NCBI GenBank assembly: GCA_964016885.1
Contig: CAXHJY010000061.1
Location: 1-39,029 of the forward strand
Direction: 5' to 3'
From: Eledone cirrhosa
Taxonomy: Eukaryota
DNA: 39,029 nucleotides
Of this stretch, positions 1-16,627 are shown one piece after another. Positions within the stretch are counted from its first letter, which is position 1, and each line of letters begins with the position of its first letter. The notes below the pieces were generated by a model. The model was not told the DNA's origin and did no database searches. It saw only the letters and a list, made by a program, of their open reading frames with translations. Position numbers and translations under genes: made by a program.

Positions 1-227
1 ATATATATATAGCATATATACATACATATACACACATATACATACACATATACATACATATATACATACATATATATAAATATATATATATACATACATA
101 TATATACATATATACATACATATATATACATATATATATATATACATATATACATACATACATACATATATATATATATATACATATATACATATATACA
201 TACATATATATATATATACATATATAC

Positions 228-258
<31 letters not shown>

Positions 259-835
259 CATATATACATACATGCATACATATATATATACATATATATA
301 TATATACATACATATATACATATATACATACATATATATATATATACATACATATATATATATACATATATATATACATATATATACATATATATACATA
401 TATATACATATATATATACATATATATACATATATATATACATATATATACATATATATATACATATATATACATATATATATACATATATATACATATA
501 TATATACACACATATATATACATATACATATATATATACATATATATATATACATATATATATATATACATATATATATATACATATATATATATACACA
601 TATATATACATACATATATATATATACATATATACATACATATATATATATATACATATATATATACATACATATATATATATACATATATATATATACA
701 TATATATATATATACATATATACATATATATATATATACATATATACATACACATATACATACATATATATGTATATATATAAATATATATATATACATA
801 TATACATACATATATATGTATATATATAAATATAC

Positions 836-872
<37 letters not shown>

Positions 873-965
873 TATATACATATATATACATATATATATA
901 CATATATATGTATATATATAAATATACATATACATATATATATATAAATATACATATACATACAC

Positions 966-997
<32 letters not shown>

Positions 998-1124
998 TCA
1001 TATATATATATATATATATACATACATATATATATATACATATATACATACATATATATATATATATACATATATACATACATACACATATATATACACA
1101 TATACATATGTATATATATATACA
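1..1124. repeat. (TA)n microsatellite with TACA interruptions
   Basis: Directly visible; the Y/I/H/T ORFs are artefacts of this tract. Confidence 0.99.
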
Positions 1125-1127
1125 TTT

Positions 1128-1580
1128 ATGGTGGCTGCCAACTCGTTTTCGAGTACGGCCACTACTTTATATCCATATAGGAGAACCCCTACCGATGCAG
1201 TGAACGAGTGTGACCTTTTAGTCCAGCCAGCGACTTGAAAACTCTGGTACAAACACTACACTTGTGACAAATATTGACACATAGTGCTGGGGCCATGGTA
1301 CCCTGTGACGACAAGTGCAGAGAGATCTCCAGATATAAAGCAATGCCTGTGCCGTGAAGCTTTTATAGTGAGCAAAGGCACTGCACAAAGCCAGTCCCAC
1401 TCTCTTAACCAAGATGATATTTACCAAAAAGAAGAACAAGTCAACATCATTGGATACCATCAGAGTTGCAGGTGTTATATCAGAGTTTTCCTTCTCCTAG
1501 AATTCTGCCTTGACAAAGGCTAAGGGGTCATCTCTCCCGGTGATTTTGGATGGCCATTGACTCTTAAGAGCTCCTTTGCC
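1128..1580 (-). mobile_element. Short non-autonomous element, probably bipartite RTE-LINE derivative (5'-UTR-like part plus ORF end and 3' tail)
   Basis: Reverse complement of 1338-1530 matches 9840-10032, 27068-27277 and 27424-27563. 1260->1189 translates to [23 protein letters not shown], a C2H2-like motif of the kind ending RTE ORFs. 3' hairpin CTCG-aaaa-CGAG, then GCCACCAT and microsatellite. Confidence 0.65.
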
Positions 1581-5847
<4,267 letters not shown>

Positions 5848-6172
5848 AATAAATATAATAAATATAATAAATTTAATTACATTTATAATAAATTACATTT
5901 ATAATAAATTTAATTACATTTAATTACATTTAATTATACATATAATTATAATTATACATTTGATTTTAATTTTAATTTAGTTTATGTTATTTGATTTTAG
6001 TTTACCTTATTTTATCTTATTTTACGATTATACTATATTATGTTCTATGTATATAATTTTTAATTTTTAATTGTATATTATTTTATCTCATTCCTTACCC
6101 TATATTTTATATTTTATATGTAAGTTTGTTATGTATTTCTTTGTATTTCTTTTTATATATATTATAAGTCTG

Positions 6173-6312
6173 TTTTTTACCTATTTTTTACCTATTTTTT
6201 ACCTATTTTTTACCTATTTTTTACCTACTCTTACCTAATCCCATTATCTTATCTACTCTTGTCTGTTCTCTTATCCATGTGTCTACTCTTGTCTGTTCTC
6301 TTATCCATGTGT
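6173..6312. repeat. Short tandem repeats: ~11-bp (TTTTTACCTAT) x5 and a 30-bp duplication
   Basis: Visible at about 6173-6235 and 6253-6312, in the T-rich stretch upstream of an HHR. Confidence 0.85.
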
Positions 6313-6508
6313 ATGCTTGTATGTAACTATATGTTGACAGCACACCGCCCAACTGTGACAGATAGCACCCCTTATTTTTATTTTTATTTTTATTTTTATT
6401 TTCACTTTTATTTTTATTTACTTTTTATTCTTATCCTCTATCGTCTATTATTACCTTTCATTCTTCAATGTCTTGGATTTGTTATTGCTTGTATGGTATG
6501 TAATTAAC

Positions 6509-6566
6509 CTTTATGCTCTGATGAGTCCCACTTATAGTGTGGATGAAACAATGTTAGCAAGTAAAG
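6509..6566 (+). ncRNA. Minimal type I hammerhead ribozyme
   Basis: CTTTATGCT-CTGATGA-gtcc cact tat agtg t ggat-GAAA-C aat G-TT-AGC aa GTAAAG. Intact core, helix II, 9-bp helix I with 2-nt bulge; predicted GUU cleavage after 6555. Confidence 0.8.
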
Positions 6567-6696
6567 ATATGCATATGCTATAAGCGTTCTTTGTTATTTA
6601 TTTATTATATTACGGCTCTGTCCTCAGACATTGAGCTAACCTCATACTGCCTGCTGGATAAGTGGAGTGTTATACACCCCTGATCCTTTCCCTAGC

Positions 6697-7884
<1,188 letters not shown>

Positions 7885-7892
7885 TGGCCTGT

Positions 7893-7986
7893 CTGCTGAT
7901 ATGCACATCTGGCCGATAAGTTGATCTGCTAATATGCAGATCTGACTGATCAGCCAGTCTGCTAATATGCAAATCAGGCCAATCAG
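7893..7986 (+). promoter_or_regulatory. Three 33-bp repeats with octamer-like and CCAAT-like motifs, upstream of an HHR
   Basis: Units start at 7893, 7926 and 7959; the third has perfect ATGCAAAT (7967-7974) and CCAAT (7979-7983). The repeat is seen; promoter function is inferred. Confidence 0.45.
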
Positions 7987-8030
7987 TCATTGGATATTTA
8001 AAAAAATATATATTTTCACTAGCTCTGACA

Positions 8031-8112
8031 GTTGGCAGGTAAACAATGAACTGTACTGATGAAGGGCGATGCCCAGAAACATTAGGGTCTGCAGTTCTGT
8101 TTACATGCCAAC
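8031..8112 (+). ncRNA. Type I hammerhead ribozyme with long helix I
   Basis: GAACTGTA-CTGATGA-a GGGC gat GCCC a-GAAA-C attagg G-TC-TGCAGTTC. Helix I extends via GTAAACA/TGTTTAC and GTTGGCA/TGCCAAC (22 bp, 2-nt bulge). GUC site at 8087-8089. Confidence 0.88.
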
Positions 8113-8229
8113 ACAAGAGCAAGCATGAGGGGCTCATTCTACTGATATGGCTTTGAAAATGAGGCTTGTTTGCATAATTGCAAACGAATCGAATATTATT
8201 ATTAATATTCGAAAAACTCAGATTACATT

Positions 8230-8281
<52 letters not shown>

Positions 8282-8382
8282 CAAGAAAGAAGGGTGACAT
8301 GGTTCGCTATACAGTAAGGGCTTTATTCATATTGCTGGACTACATCTAAGAGGACTGCTTATAACGATAACCTGTTATCCCG

Positions 8383-8413
<31 letters not shown>

Positions 8414-8446
8414 AAGAACACAAGAGCGTCTACAACATCAAAAGAT

Positions 8447-8506
8447 TTTTATTGGCTTACAATGTTTCTTCCTTACGTAACCGTAGGATTCGTCAGAGCT
8501 ATAAAA
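8447..8506 (-). ncRNA. Minimal type I hammerhead ribozyme
   Basis: Reverse complement TTTTATaGCT-CTGACGA-a tcct acg gtta cgt a agga a-GAAA-C att G-TA-AGC ca ATAAAA; GUA site. Confidence 0.82.
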
Positions 8507-9610
8507 GGGGTTTGATTGGTGTTATGGACTCTACCAACCAAGCATTCAAGAACAAAGAGTAAAGAGAGTAAAGAGCAAAAGTAGGGGACGATAAGTCTAA
8601 TTTTGGTGCGGGAGGGTGGGGGGTGGGTCCTTGTTTACTAGCTGCGGTCATATTCATTCCCGGGAGTCAAGTGGTTAGCTGAACCATAGATGGGGTGGCG
8701 TCGATAGTATGGTGCAGAGGGTGCGCATAGGCTACACAAACACAAAGGGCATACAATATATATATATATATATAGCGGAGGAGAAAGTACATGAGGTAAT
8801 TAGAAATGGAAAAAGAGTAATAATAATAATCTATAATTAATAGTGTATAATAAGGCATGGGGAAGATTACACTATAATAAGGTATAAATGTAAGAATAAG
8901 GTAAAATATAAAGGAGGATAAAAGTGGAAATAATAAAGATAAAAAAATAAAGATAAAAAAATATATAGAGAATATATAAAGAAATATAAGCGAATATTTG
9001 GAGGGGAAAACACAATGTAAAAAAACCGATTTTTTTCAAATAATAATAAAAATAAAAATATATATATATACTGGCGTTATAATTTGTAATATGTTGTAAT
9101 GTATATCTTTTAATATCGTTCTCAGTAACCATGCCTATAATAACTACTGATCCATTCGTTTACAGAAGTGATGCTGCCATATTTGTCGAAATATCCATCT
9201 AGAGGCAGATGACGAGGGAAGTCGATGTTTTATTTCTGTTTTGCTTCATTCGGTTTTTTTTTTGGTTTTTTTTTTGTTTTTTTTTTGCTTTTTTGTGCAC
9301 TTCTTGCCATACGACAATATTCACGTAACACACGACACAAAGCATTAACAGAAATTATTCCTTCTAATTATTCCTTCCACTGAAGTATAAAGATATATGC
9401 TCCGAAACGCAACAGAAGTAGCCGAAAATATCGAGAAGTCTCCTGTGGTCGTTCTGTCTGCTAAAACTTCTTTACAGATATTCTAATAACTGAATTAAAA
9501 AAGAATTAATGAACTTAGAGAAATGAACATTATATTTCAGCTACCTCTGTTATTTTGCCATGTTAATTTCTGTATCCTTTACTGGTTTTGTTTGTTTGTA
9601 TGTATGTGTC

Positions 9611-10137
9611 AGGTCGCTCTCGAGTGCTACTGGTAACATGTAACCCACTACGACCCATCTCATGGTCAGGTTGTCGGCGACTAAACCGGCTACCCCACCA
9701 AGCTTGCTTGGTGAGGAGGGTGATATTTGGACACCCTGTGAGATGAAATACTAGACCCGGCAAAGGGCGGAGGAACTCAGCAGAGTCAACGGCCATCCAA
9801 ATAGTAGTTTGTTTGTTTGTTTTTTCCGCCTGGGAGTGAAAGGCCCCTAGTTGTTATCACAACACCTTTCTAGGAGAGGGAAACTCTGGAAAATAACCTG
9901 CGGCTTCGGAAGCATCCGATGATGTTGACCAGTTCTCCTTTTCGGGTAGTGTTTTCGATGCTCAGAGAGTGGGATTGGTCTAGTGCAAGGCCTTTTATCA
10001 CTTAAAAAACCTTCAAAACACAGGCATTGCTTGTTCAGGATATGTTACAGGTTCGTGTGGCTGACCGTAGCCTAAAAGTACGCCATTTTCTGTAATCTGA
10101 CAAGCGATTGCAATACTCTTAGCAGAGTACATCCATC
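9611..10137 (+). mobile_element. Longest copy of the RTE-derived short element
   Basis: Shares CTAGGAGA(A/G)GGAAACTCTG...GATGTTGAC...AGAGTGGGA(T/C)TGG...CACAGGCATTGC with three other copies; 3' half very similar to 27424-27669; ends CCATC followed by (ATGT)n. Confidence 0.7.
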
Positions 10138-10208
10138 ATGTATGTATGTATGTATGTATGTATGTATGTATGTATGTATGTATGTATGTATGTATGTATG
10201 TATGTATG
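10138..10208. repeat. (ATGT)n tail
   Basis: Directly visible. Confidence 0.97.
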
Positions 10209-10305
10209 GGCATTTAAAAAACCTGATGGTGCCCAACCACTTTCCAGAACTGAACACAACCAATTTCTTCCAGGTATAGAGAGGGGGAGAGAGAAAGGGT
10301 TCTTC

Positions 10306-10441
10306 TTTTATCGACCTGGAAAGGTTGACAGGCAAAATTGACCTCGGCGAGTTCCGGCTCTTTATGTTCTGAGTTCCAATCCTGTCGAGGTAAACTTTGC
10401 CTTTCATCCTTCCGAAGTCCATAAAGTAAAGTACCGGTCCA
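10306..10441. mobile_element. Two head-to-head fragments of the tRNA-derived SINE
   Basis: 10306-10351 matches the minus-oriented SINE core; 10365-10441 matches the plus orientation (GAGTTC..., GCCTTTCATCCTT). Confidence 0.7.
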
Positions 10442-10469
10442 GTTGATTCTTCCTCCAAAGGACATAACG

Positions 10470-10531
10470 CCCCGCCATAAAATAGATCTCATGACCCGAA
10501 CGCCCTAACCACTAAGCCATGCGTCTTCACA
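10470..10531 (-). mobile_element. tRNA-like SINE head fragment of a second family
   Basis: Reverse complement TGTGAAGACGCA-TGGCTTAGTGG-TTAGGGCGTTCG contains a Pol III A box. Confidence 0.55.
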
Positions 10532-11455
10532 AAGAATTCTACTACATCACTATTGTCACAACAACCATGAACATGAAAGTTACTAATTAGTTTCATTCTA
10601 TCTTAGTAGAGAAAGTGAACAGTGTCTACCCAGACAAAAGATATCAATATTCATTAGGATTTCAAATTCATATAAAAATGGTAATTTAAATGCATGGAAG
10701 ACAATATATAATTTGATAAATGTTAAATATTTTATATTAAAGAGGCATATTATGCTTAGCATAATCTTCAAGACATAAACCAGGATACTCCCGGGCAATT
10801 ACTGGTATCGTAATTCTCTATATATAAATAACACAGATATTTAACTGTATTCAACAAAAATCTGTTAACTTTGAAGAATTTAAAATCACGACAGCACTAT
10901 CATTAACATAACGTACAACATTCTCTCAAAGCAACCACCAAAGTAATTTACTTTAACACTTTCTTAACAATCTTCTAATATTAATCGAATTAAAAATATC
11001 TGAGTAAATAATTTTACCCTTCAACAGTCAACTAATTGACGGTTTCCTAAGTTATGCAAAATGTTTATAACTTCTTTTCTTTTCGAATTATAAAATAATA
11101 ATTTCATCAACGTAAGTTACACCTTCGAAAACGTATCTGCAAAATTTGATTTAAAATTACATTATTAAGAAAGCCATTAGTATCAAATTCCGTGGGAAGG
11201 ACGTTCAACCTATAGCCATTCAATAAATTAGAAAACTTATACTCGTTCAATAAATTGGCAACAGATACAATTAAAACCAAACACAAGCACTGTGACGGAT
11301 GAATAGAGGATGAGATGGTATATAGACGATACAAAATAGTAACAAGAACAAAATAACTTTGTCGTCATCGACAGTCGAAAAGGACTTTCACATTACACAG
11401 TATTGTTGGTCTATTCAGGAGCACAGTGTCTAACAAGAGTATTACTAACCTTTAC

Positions 11456-11888
11456 TATTAATACTTGTTTCTAGCATAGGTATAAGGCTAGTAATTGGAA
11501 GTGAAGGGAAAAGTCGATTAAACCGCCCCCAGTGTGTTACTGATACTTTATTTCATCGACCCCGCAAGGACTCGGAACGTAAAGAGTCGTAACTATATGC
11601 CGCAAAAGCATGGTGTCTGACGCTCTACCGATACTGCCAATCCACCACCCTTCACTTGCTATTAATAATTGTTTCTTATATAGGCACAAGGCCAGCAATT
11701 TTTGGGGGAGGGGAAAGTCGATTAAATCGACCCCAGTGCATTACTGGTACTATATTTTATCGACCCCGTAAGGATTAAAGGCAAAGCTAACCTCAGCGGG
11801 ATTTCAACTCAGATCATAAAGGGCTGTAACTCTATGCTGCAAAGCATAGCGCCCGACGCTCTACCGATTCTGCCACCTCACCGCCCTA
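11456..11888 (-). mobile_element. Two tandem tRNA-derived SINE copies (about 11456-11652 and 11660-11888)
   Basis: On the minus strand: A-box-like TGGCAGAATCGG, B-box-like GAGTTGAAATCC, core GCCTTT(C/A)ATCCTTACGGGGTCGATAAAAT, tail ...AGAAACAATTATT. Confidence 0.9.
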
Positions 11889-11987
11889 CAGTTGCTATTA
11901 ATAATATTATTTTTACTCTACAAAAAACATAGTAGCCTTTATTCAATGTATGTTTAGTGTGCGTGAATACACAAACCTATATAACAA

Positions 11988-11990
<3 letters not shown>

Positions 11991-12065
<75 letters not shown>
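11991..12065. repeat. (GT)n microsatellite
   Basis: Directly visible. Confidence 0.98.
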
Positions 12066-12068
<3 letters not shown>

Positions 12069-12135
12069 AGGCAGTAGATCGTGTGAACAAACGTTAATAC
12101 ACAAAACAAATAATACACATATATAGGTAAATAAT

Positions 12136-12236
12136 TGTTTCTACTATTGGCACAAGGCCAGCAATTTACCAGTACATTACTGGTACTTTATTTTATCGAC
12201 CCCGTAAGGATGAAAGGCAAAGTTAACCTCGGCGGG
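12136..12236 (-). mobile_element. 5'-truncated SINE with 13-bp target-site duplication
   Basis: ATAGGTAAATAAT at 12123-12135 and 12237-12249 flanks the SINE core and tail. Confidence 0.88.
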
Positions 12237-12932
12237 ATAGGTAAATAATATCCAATGACTAAATGCTACGGACATTATGATATTCTAATCAAACATTGAC
12301 GCAGACATCAAAGAAGTAAACAAAATACAAATATTTATTTTTCCTTTAATAACCGAACTTTCTAGAAACGTTTGAGAACTGCGTGAAGTTTATTTGTGAT
12401 GCATAAAACAATTAATAATAATTGTTTCTAATCAGTAATTAGATTTACAAAGTGACTAATAATACTAATAATAATTGTTTCTACTTTAGTCACAAGTCCA
12501 GCAATTTGAAGCGAGGATAAGGTTTTAAATAAAATCCTCGACTTTTGGGCATAATTGGACAAGCATATAACAGTAATAAGCGATATACTGGGATTTTAAA
12601 ATACACAAGATTATTTAGAACAACCAGACAGAATTATAGAATAGCATTGAGAAAGCAAGATTGGATTCTGGGCGATATACAGATATATGGATGAATGAAC
12701 CGAAGGATGGGGAGACAAGAAGAAAATGGTATTTTTACATTACATTTCGTAGAAGTGCACTGACCATTAATAAGAGTTGACAAATTCTGAGATTCGTACC
12801 TCGTAACAGGTTTATTTATATTTGGTGCGAGTAGGGAGTGATCGAGAGAGAGAGAGGCCAGCAGGCACGTATGTGATAAAGAGGGGGGAGTAGAGATTAA
12901 GAGGGGGGGTAGAGATTAAGAGGGACGAGGGA

Positions 12933-13070
12933 GCATTACTGGTACTATATTTTATCGAGCCCCGTAACGAAAAGCAAAGTTAACCTAGGTGGGATTTGAA
13001 CTCAGAACGTAAAGGGATATAACTCTATGCCTCGAAGCATAATGTCCGACTCTCTAACGATACTGCCATA
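12933..13070 (-). mobile_element. Partial SINE copy (head and core)
   Basis: GCATTACTGGTAC...GGATTTGAACTCAGAACGT...GATACTGCCA matches the other copies. Confidence 0.85.
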
Positions 13071-13099
13071 TTGGCCACAAGCACCGACATATAGGAGAC

Positions 13100-13722
13100 A
13101 ATATAAAAGACAGGGGCAGAGGGGTTTTTAAAGAAAAAACGAGTAAACAATATAAAAACAATAACAATAAACATCATAATTATAACAATATATATTCCCC
13201 AATAGGGGGAGAACCAGTCAGGGGCTATTCAGGATATCCACCACTCCTGAACCACCCGACACCCCGAGACCATCCGAAGATGGCGCCCATCTCCTCTCCA
13301 AATCAGTCAGACTACATGTGCATGGTCAGAATCACACGGATCATTCTCACAACATTCACCGCCTTTTAACAAATATACTGAGGCGGGTGGCAGCACTTCC
13401 CTCTCCACCCCCATCTTCCTTTACAAGTGAAACTGTATTGGCCCGGAGAGAAAAATGTCTGTCTTCAGTCCTTTTAGCCTAGTCCACCACACAACCTCTT
13501 TTGCTACTGCCACCAAGTAGAGAAAAACTGCCTGCTCTTCCCAACCAAAAGAAGGCGGTCGGTTGATCTTTACGTTGGACTCTGTCGATAGCCAGATCCA
13601 TCCCACATGTGATAACAGCTTTTCGATATAATTCCACAAGCCAGTAATGCATGGACACTGGACAAGTGTGTGCAGGACGGATTCGTCGCTCTGCGCGCAT
13701 CTTGGACACGTCCGTCTGTCGC
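13100..13722 (-). mobile_element. 3' end of an L1/Tx1-like LINE (ORF2 C-terminal CCHC knuckle plus 3' UTR)
   Basis: 13711->13421 reads TCPRCAQSDESVLHTLVQCPCITGLWNYIEKLL...LVAVAKEVVWWTR, the CxxC...H...C...W (zf-RVT-type) end of L1/Tx1 ORF2; T-rich 3' UTR follows. Confidence 0.75.
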
Positions 13723-13734
13723 AAATGAGAAGAA

Positions 13735-14518
13735 AAATAATGGTTTCTGATTTAGGTACAAGGCCAGCAATTTGGGGAGTGGGGAAAGTCGACTAAATCA
13801 ACCCCAGTGTATTACTGATGCTTTATTTTATCGATCCCGTAAGGATGAAAAGCAAAGATAACCTCGGCGAGATTTAAACTCAGGACGTAAGGAGCCGTAA
13901 CTCTATGCCACAAAGCATGTTGTCCGACCCTCTACCGATACTGCCAATCCACCGTCCTAATAATGATAATATTAATGGTTTCTGATTTAGGTACAAGGAC
14001 AACAATTTTTGTTTGAGGGGTGGGAGTGGAACGTCGATTAAATCTACCCCAATGCATTACTGGTACTTTGTTTTACTGACTTCGTTGTGATTTGAACTCA
14101 GAAAGTAAAGAGCTAGAAGAAATACTGCTTTGCATTTAGTCGACGTTCTACGGACTCTGATAATCAACAGCCCTCACATATGAGAAATAATTGTTTCTAA
14201 TTTTTGGCACAAGGCCAACAATTATTCCAGTACATTACTGGTACTTCATTTTATCATCCCGTGAGGATGAACGGCAAAGTTAACCTCGGCGCGATTTGAA
14301 CTCAGAACGTAAGGGGCCGTAACTCTATGCCACAAAGCATGTTGTCTGACGCTCTACCTTTACTGCCAATCAACAACCCTAATAATGCTTTCTTATATAC
14401 GCACAAGGCCAGCAATTATGGGGGAGGGGAAAGTCGATTAAATCGGGTGAAAGGCAAAGTTAACCTCAGCGGGATTTGAACGTAGATCATAAAGGGCTGT
14501 AACTCTATGCTGCAAAGA
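13735..14518 (-). mobile_element. Four consecutive co-oriented SINE copies (about 13735-13958, 13972-14175, 14192-14380, 14381-14518)
   Basis: Repeated GG(T/C)ACAAGG...ACTGGTAC...GATTTGAACTCAG...ACTGCCAATC blocks; 14-bp ATATGAGAAATAAT at 14178-14191 and 14519-14532 brackets the last two. Confidence 0.9.
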
Positions 14519-14833
14519 ATATGAGAAATAATACCAACATGAAGACTGTAGTTCTCATTAATTATAGTTTGTTAATTACCTTTTTGTATAAAATATGAAT
14601 ACTTTCCGATGTGAAATAGCAGTTGATTTTAAAAATTATTGTCAATTAATACGTGTGTATATGTGTATGTGAGACAGTCTGCGTGCGTATGTATGTATGT
14701 ATGTATGTATGTATGTATGTATGTATGTATGTGAGCGCGCGCGCGCAAAAATACACTCACAAACACACTAACACATATGTATGTATATGCATACATCGGT
14801 ATTTTTGCGCGTGCTCACTCACACACACACACA

Positions 14834-14880
<47 letters not shown>

Positions 14881-14928
14881 CGTTTTTCAATTTGTTTTGC
14901 AAGATTTCTTATCTGAAAACGTGTGTTA

Positions 14929-14963
<35 letters not shown>

Positions 14964-14968
<5 letters not shown>

Positions 14969-15165
14969 GATGAAATCGAAAATGCAACTGGAGTCTTATT
15001 TTTAAAAAAAATATATATATATATCTGTGAGAAAAACCACAGACCCTCCATCTCAACTCTACTTTTGAAAATCAGAAGAACTGCGAAACCGGTAAAGGAA
15101 CCAAATAAAAAATTTTTTTTTTTTAAAATAAGACTCCAGTTGCGTTTTCGATTTCATATTTTTTT
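14964..15165. repeat. ~50-bp inverted repeat enclosing an HHR-like motif
   Basis: ATGAAATCGAAAATGCAACTGGAGTCTTATTTT (left arm) versus AAAATAAGACTCCAGTTGCGTTTTCGATTTCAT (right arm). Confidence 0.9.
15062..15097 (+). ncRNA. Minimal HHR-like motif, U3-A8 core variant
   Basis: CTT-TTGAAAA-t CAG aagaa CTG c-GAAA-CCGG-TA-AAG, followed by AATAAA; helix I is only 3 bp. Confidence 0.5.
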
Positions 15166-15226
15166 CTTTATACTCTCACTCGTGTAGGACACTTCGGTTA
15201 TTTTTCATTTTGTAAAAAAACCTCAC

Positions 15227-15276
<50 letters not shown>

Positions 15277-15513
15277 TTGTGTGTGTGTATTTACACACAC
15301 AGACTGACATGTTGTTTCTCATTACTCGAGTTTCACGCCACTGTGACCTTTTCGTTTAAAACTAGGAGCCGTGGGAAACCCGGGTAGCGAGAAACAGAAT
15401 TCACTTTAAATAAAACATATACTCTATATCAAACGTTCTCAACCCATTTCGGCCAAACGCCCCCTTTTGCCCCTCGAAATCACGAAACGCTCCCCTATCC
15501 TATTTTTCCATGC

Positions 15514-15559
15514 GTTATATATATACACAATATGTTGAAAGGGTAACACACGAGAGAGA

Positions 15560-15599
<40 letters not shown>

Positions 15600-16217
15600 G
15601 AGTGAGAGTTAGAGAGAGAGATAGTGTGCCATCAATAAAACAGGGAAAACCACCAATGTATGGAATCTATAACCTATAGAAGGCAAGGTAGACACAATAA
15701 TTAAAAATATAAATTAAAATGTATATACGCACCTCTATAACTATATAACACACGCGTACAAATCCAAACAGATCTGTTACGCCAGGAAGTTGTTGACTGA
15801 AATGGAATAGCCTATGGGTCATCAGCGCGTGCAAGACTATACATACCAGACAACTCTAAGAGAATCTAAGACGATCGTCCAACTACACGTGGCAGAGAGA
15901 CGTGCCAGCGTGCGCAGGGCAGTGAACCAGTGGTAGCTGAGGGACAAGCTGCTAAAAAGGGCAGCCCAAAAACCACTCAAAGAAATGTGCTCAACCAAAC
16001 AGAGAGAGAGAGGAAAGACTATTATAAGGAGCGAAATATCACGATAAACTAACGGAGCCATAGACTCTCGTTATTTCCTATCAATAATTGCACGCGCTGA
16101 TGACCCACAGGCTATTCCATTTCAGTCAACAAATTCATGGCGAAACAGATCTCTTTGGATGGCACACTATCTCTCTCTAGTGTGTTACCCTTTCAACATA
16201 TTGTATATATATATAAC
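15514..16217. mobile_element. Inverted-repeat element with two damaged HHR copies
   Basis: Left arm 15514-15834, right arm 16088-16217 (right arm lacks about 15634-15761). HHR at 15751-15831 (-) has GAAA changed to GTAA; HHR at 16091-16160 (+) has an intact core but has lost its 3' strand. Confidence 0.8.
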
Positions 16218-16359
16218 TAAAAGTTAAACAAGGTTCATTGATTAATCAATGAATATAGTTTTACAATAGATTAGAAGCACTCAACAGTAAAGTTTTCTGG
16301 AGTTATTAATATTAATTCTAAATATCAATAAATGTAGACATTCACGTAATCAAAATATA

Positions 16360-16421
16360 TTTTATTATATATATTTCGGAGGTACTGTGCTGTTTTTTCA
16401 GTACGTCCTCATCAGATAAAA
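16360..16421 (-). ncRNA. Minimal type I hammerhead ribozyme (intact arm)
   Basis: Reverse complement TTTTAT-CTGATGA-GGA c GTACTG aaaaaacagca CAGTAC c TCC-GAAA-TATATA-TA-ATAAAA; palindromic helix III, AUA site. Confidence 0.85.
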
Positions 16422-16570
16422 TACATAAATTGATGTATGACATACCTCAACTGTGCTGATGGTTCAATTCCAGTCTTGGCAGTGATTAATTATTTGTTGT
16501 AATTAATCACTGCCAAGACTGGAATTGAACCATCAGCACAGTTGTGGTATTTCATACATCAATTTATGTA

Positions 16571-16627
16571 TTTTATCTGATGAGGACGTACTGAAAAAAC
16601 AGCACAGTACCTCCGAAATATATATAA
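16571..16627 (+). ncRNA. Hammerhead copy disrupted by Helitron insertion
   Basis: Identical core to 16360-16421; most of the 3' strand of helix I is displaced to 17565 onward. Confidence 0.8.

Noticed and set aside
8281-8382. 100-bp unique islet between TA tracts
   Set aside because: It has AATAAA on the minus strand but no ribozyme core or other diagnostic feature.
9611-9800. HDV-like or twister ribozyme in the RTE-like 5' region
   Set aside because: I could not thread either consensus convincingly; an Infernal search is needed.
16455-16480. tRNA gene
   Set aside because: Only a T-arm/B-box-like motif is present, with no cloverleaf. The SINE heads are likewise not tRNA genes.
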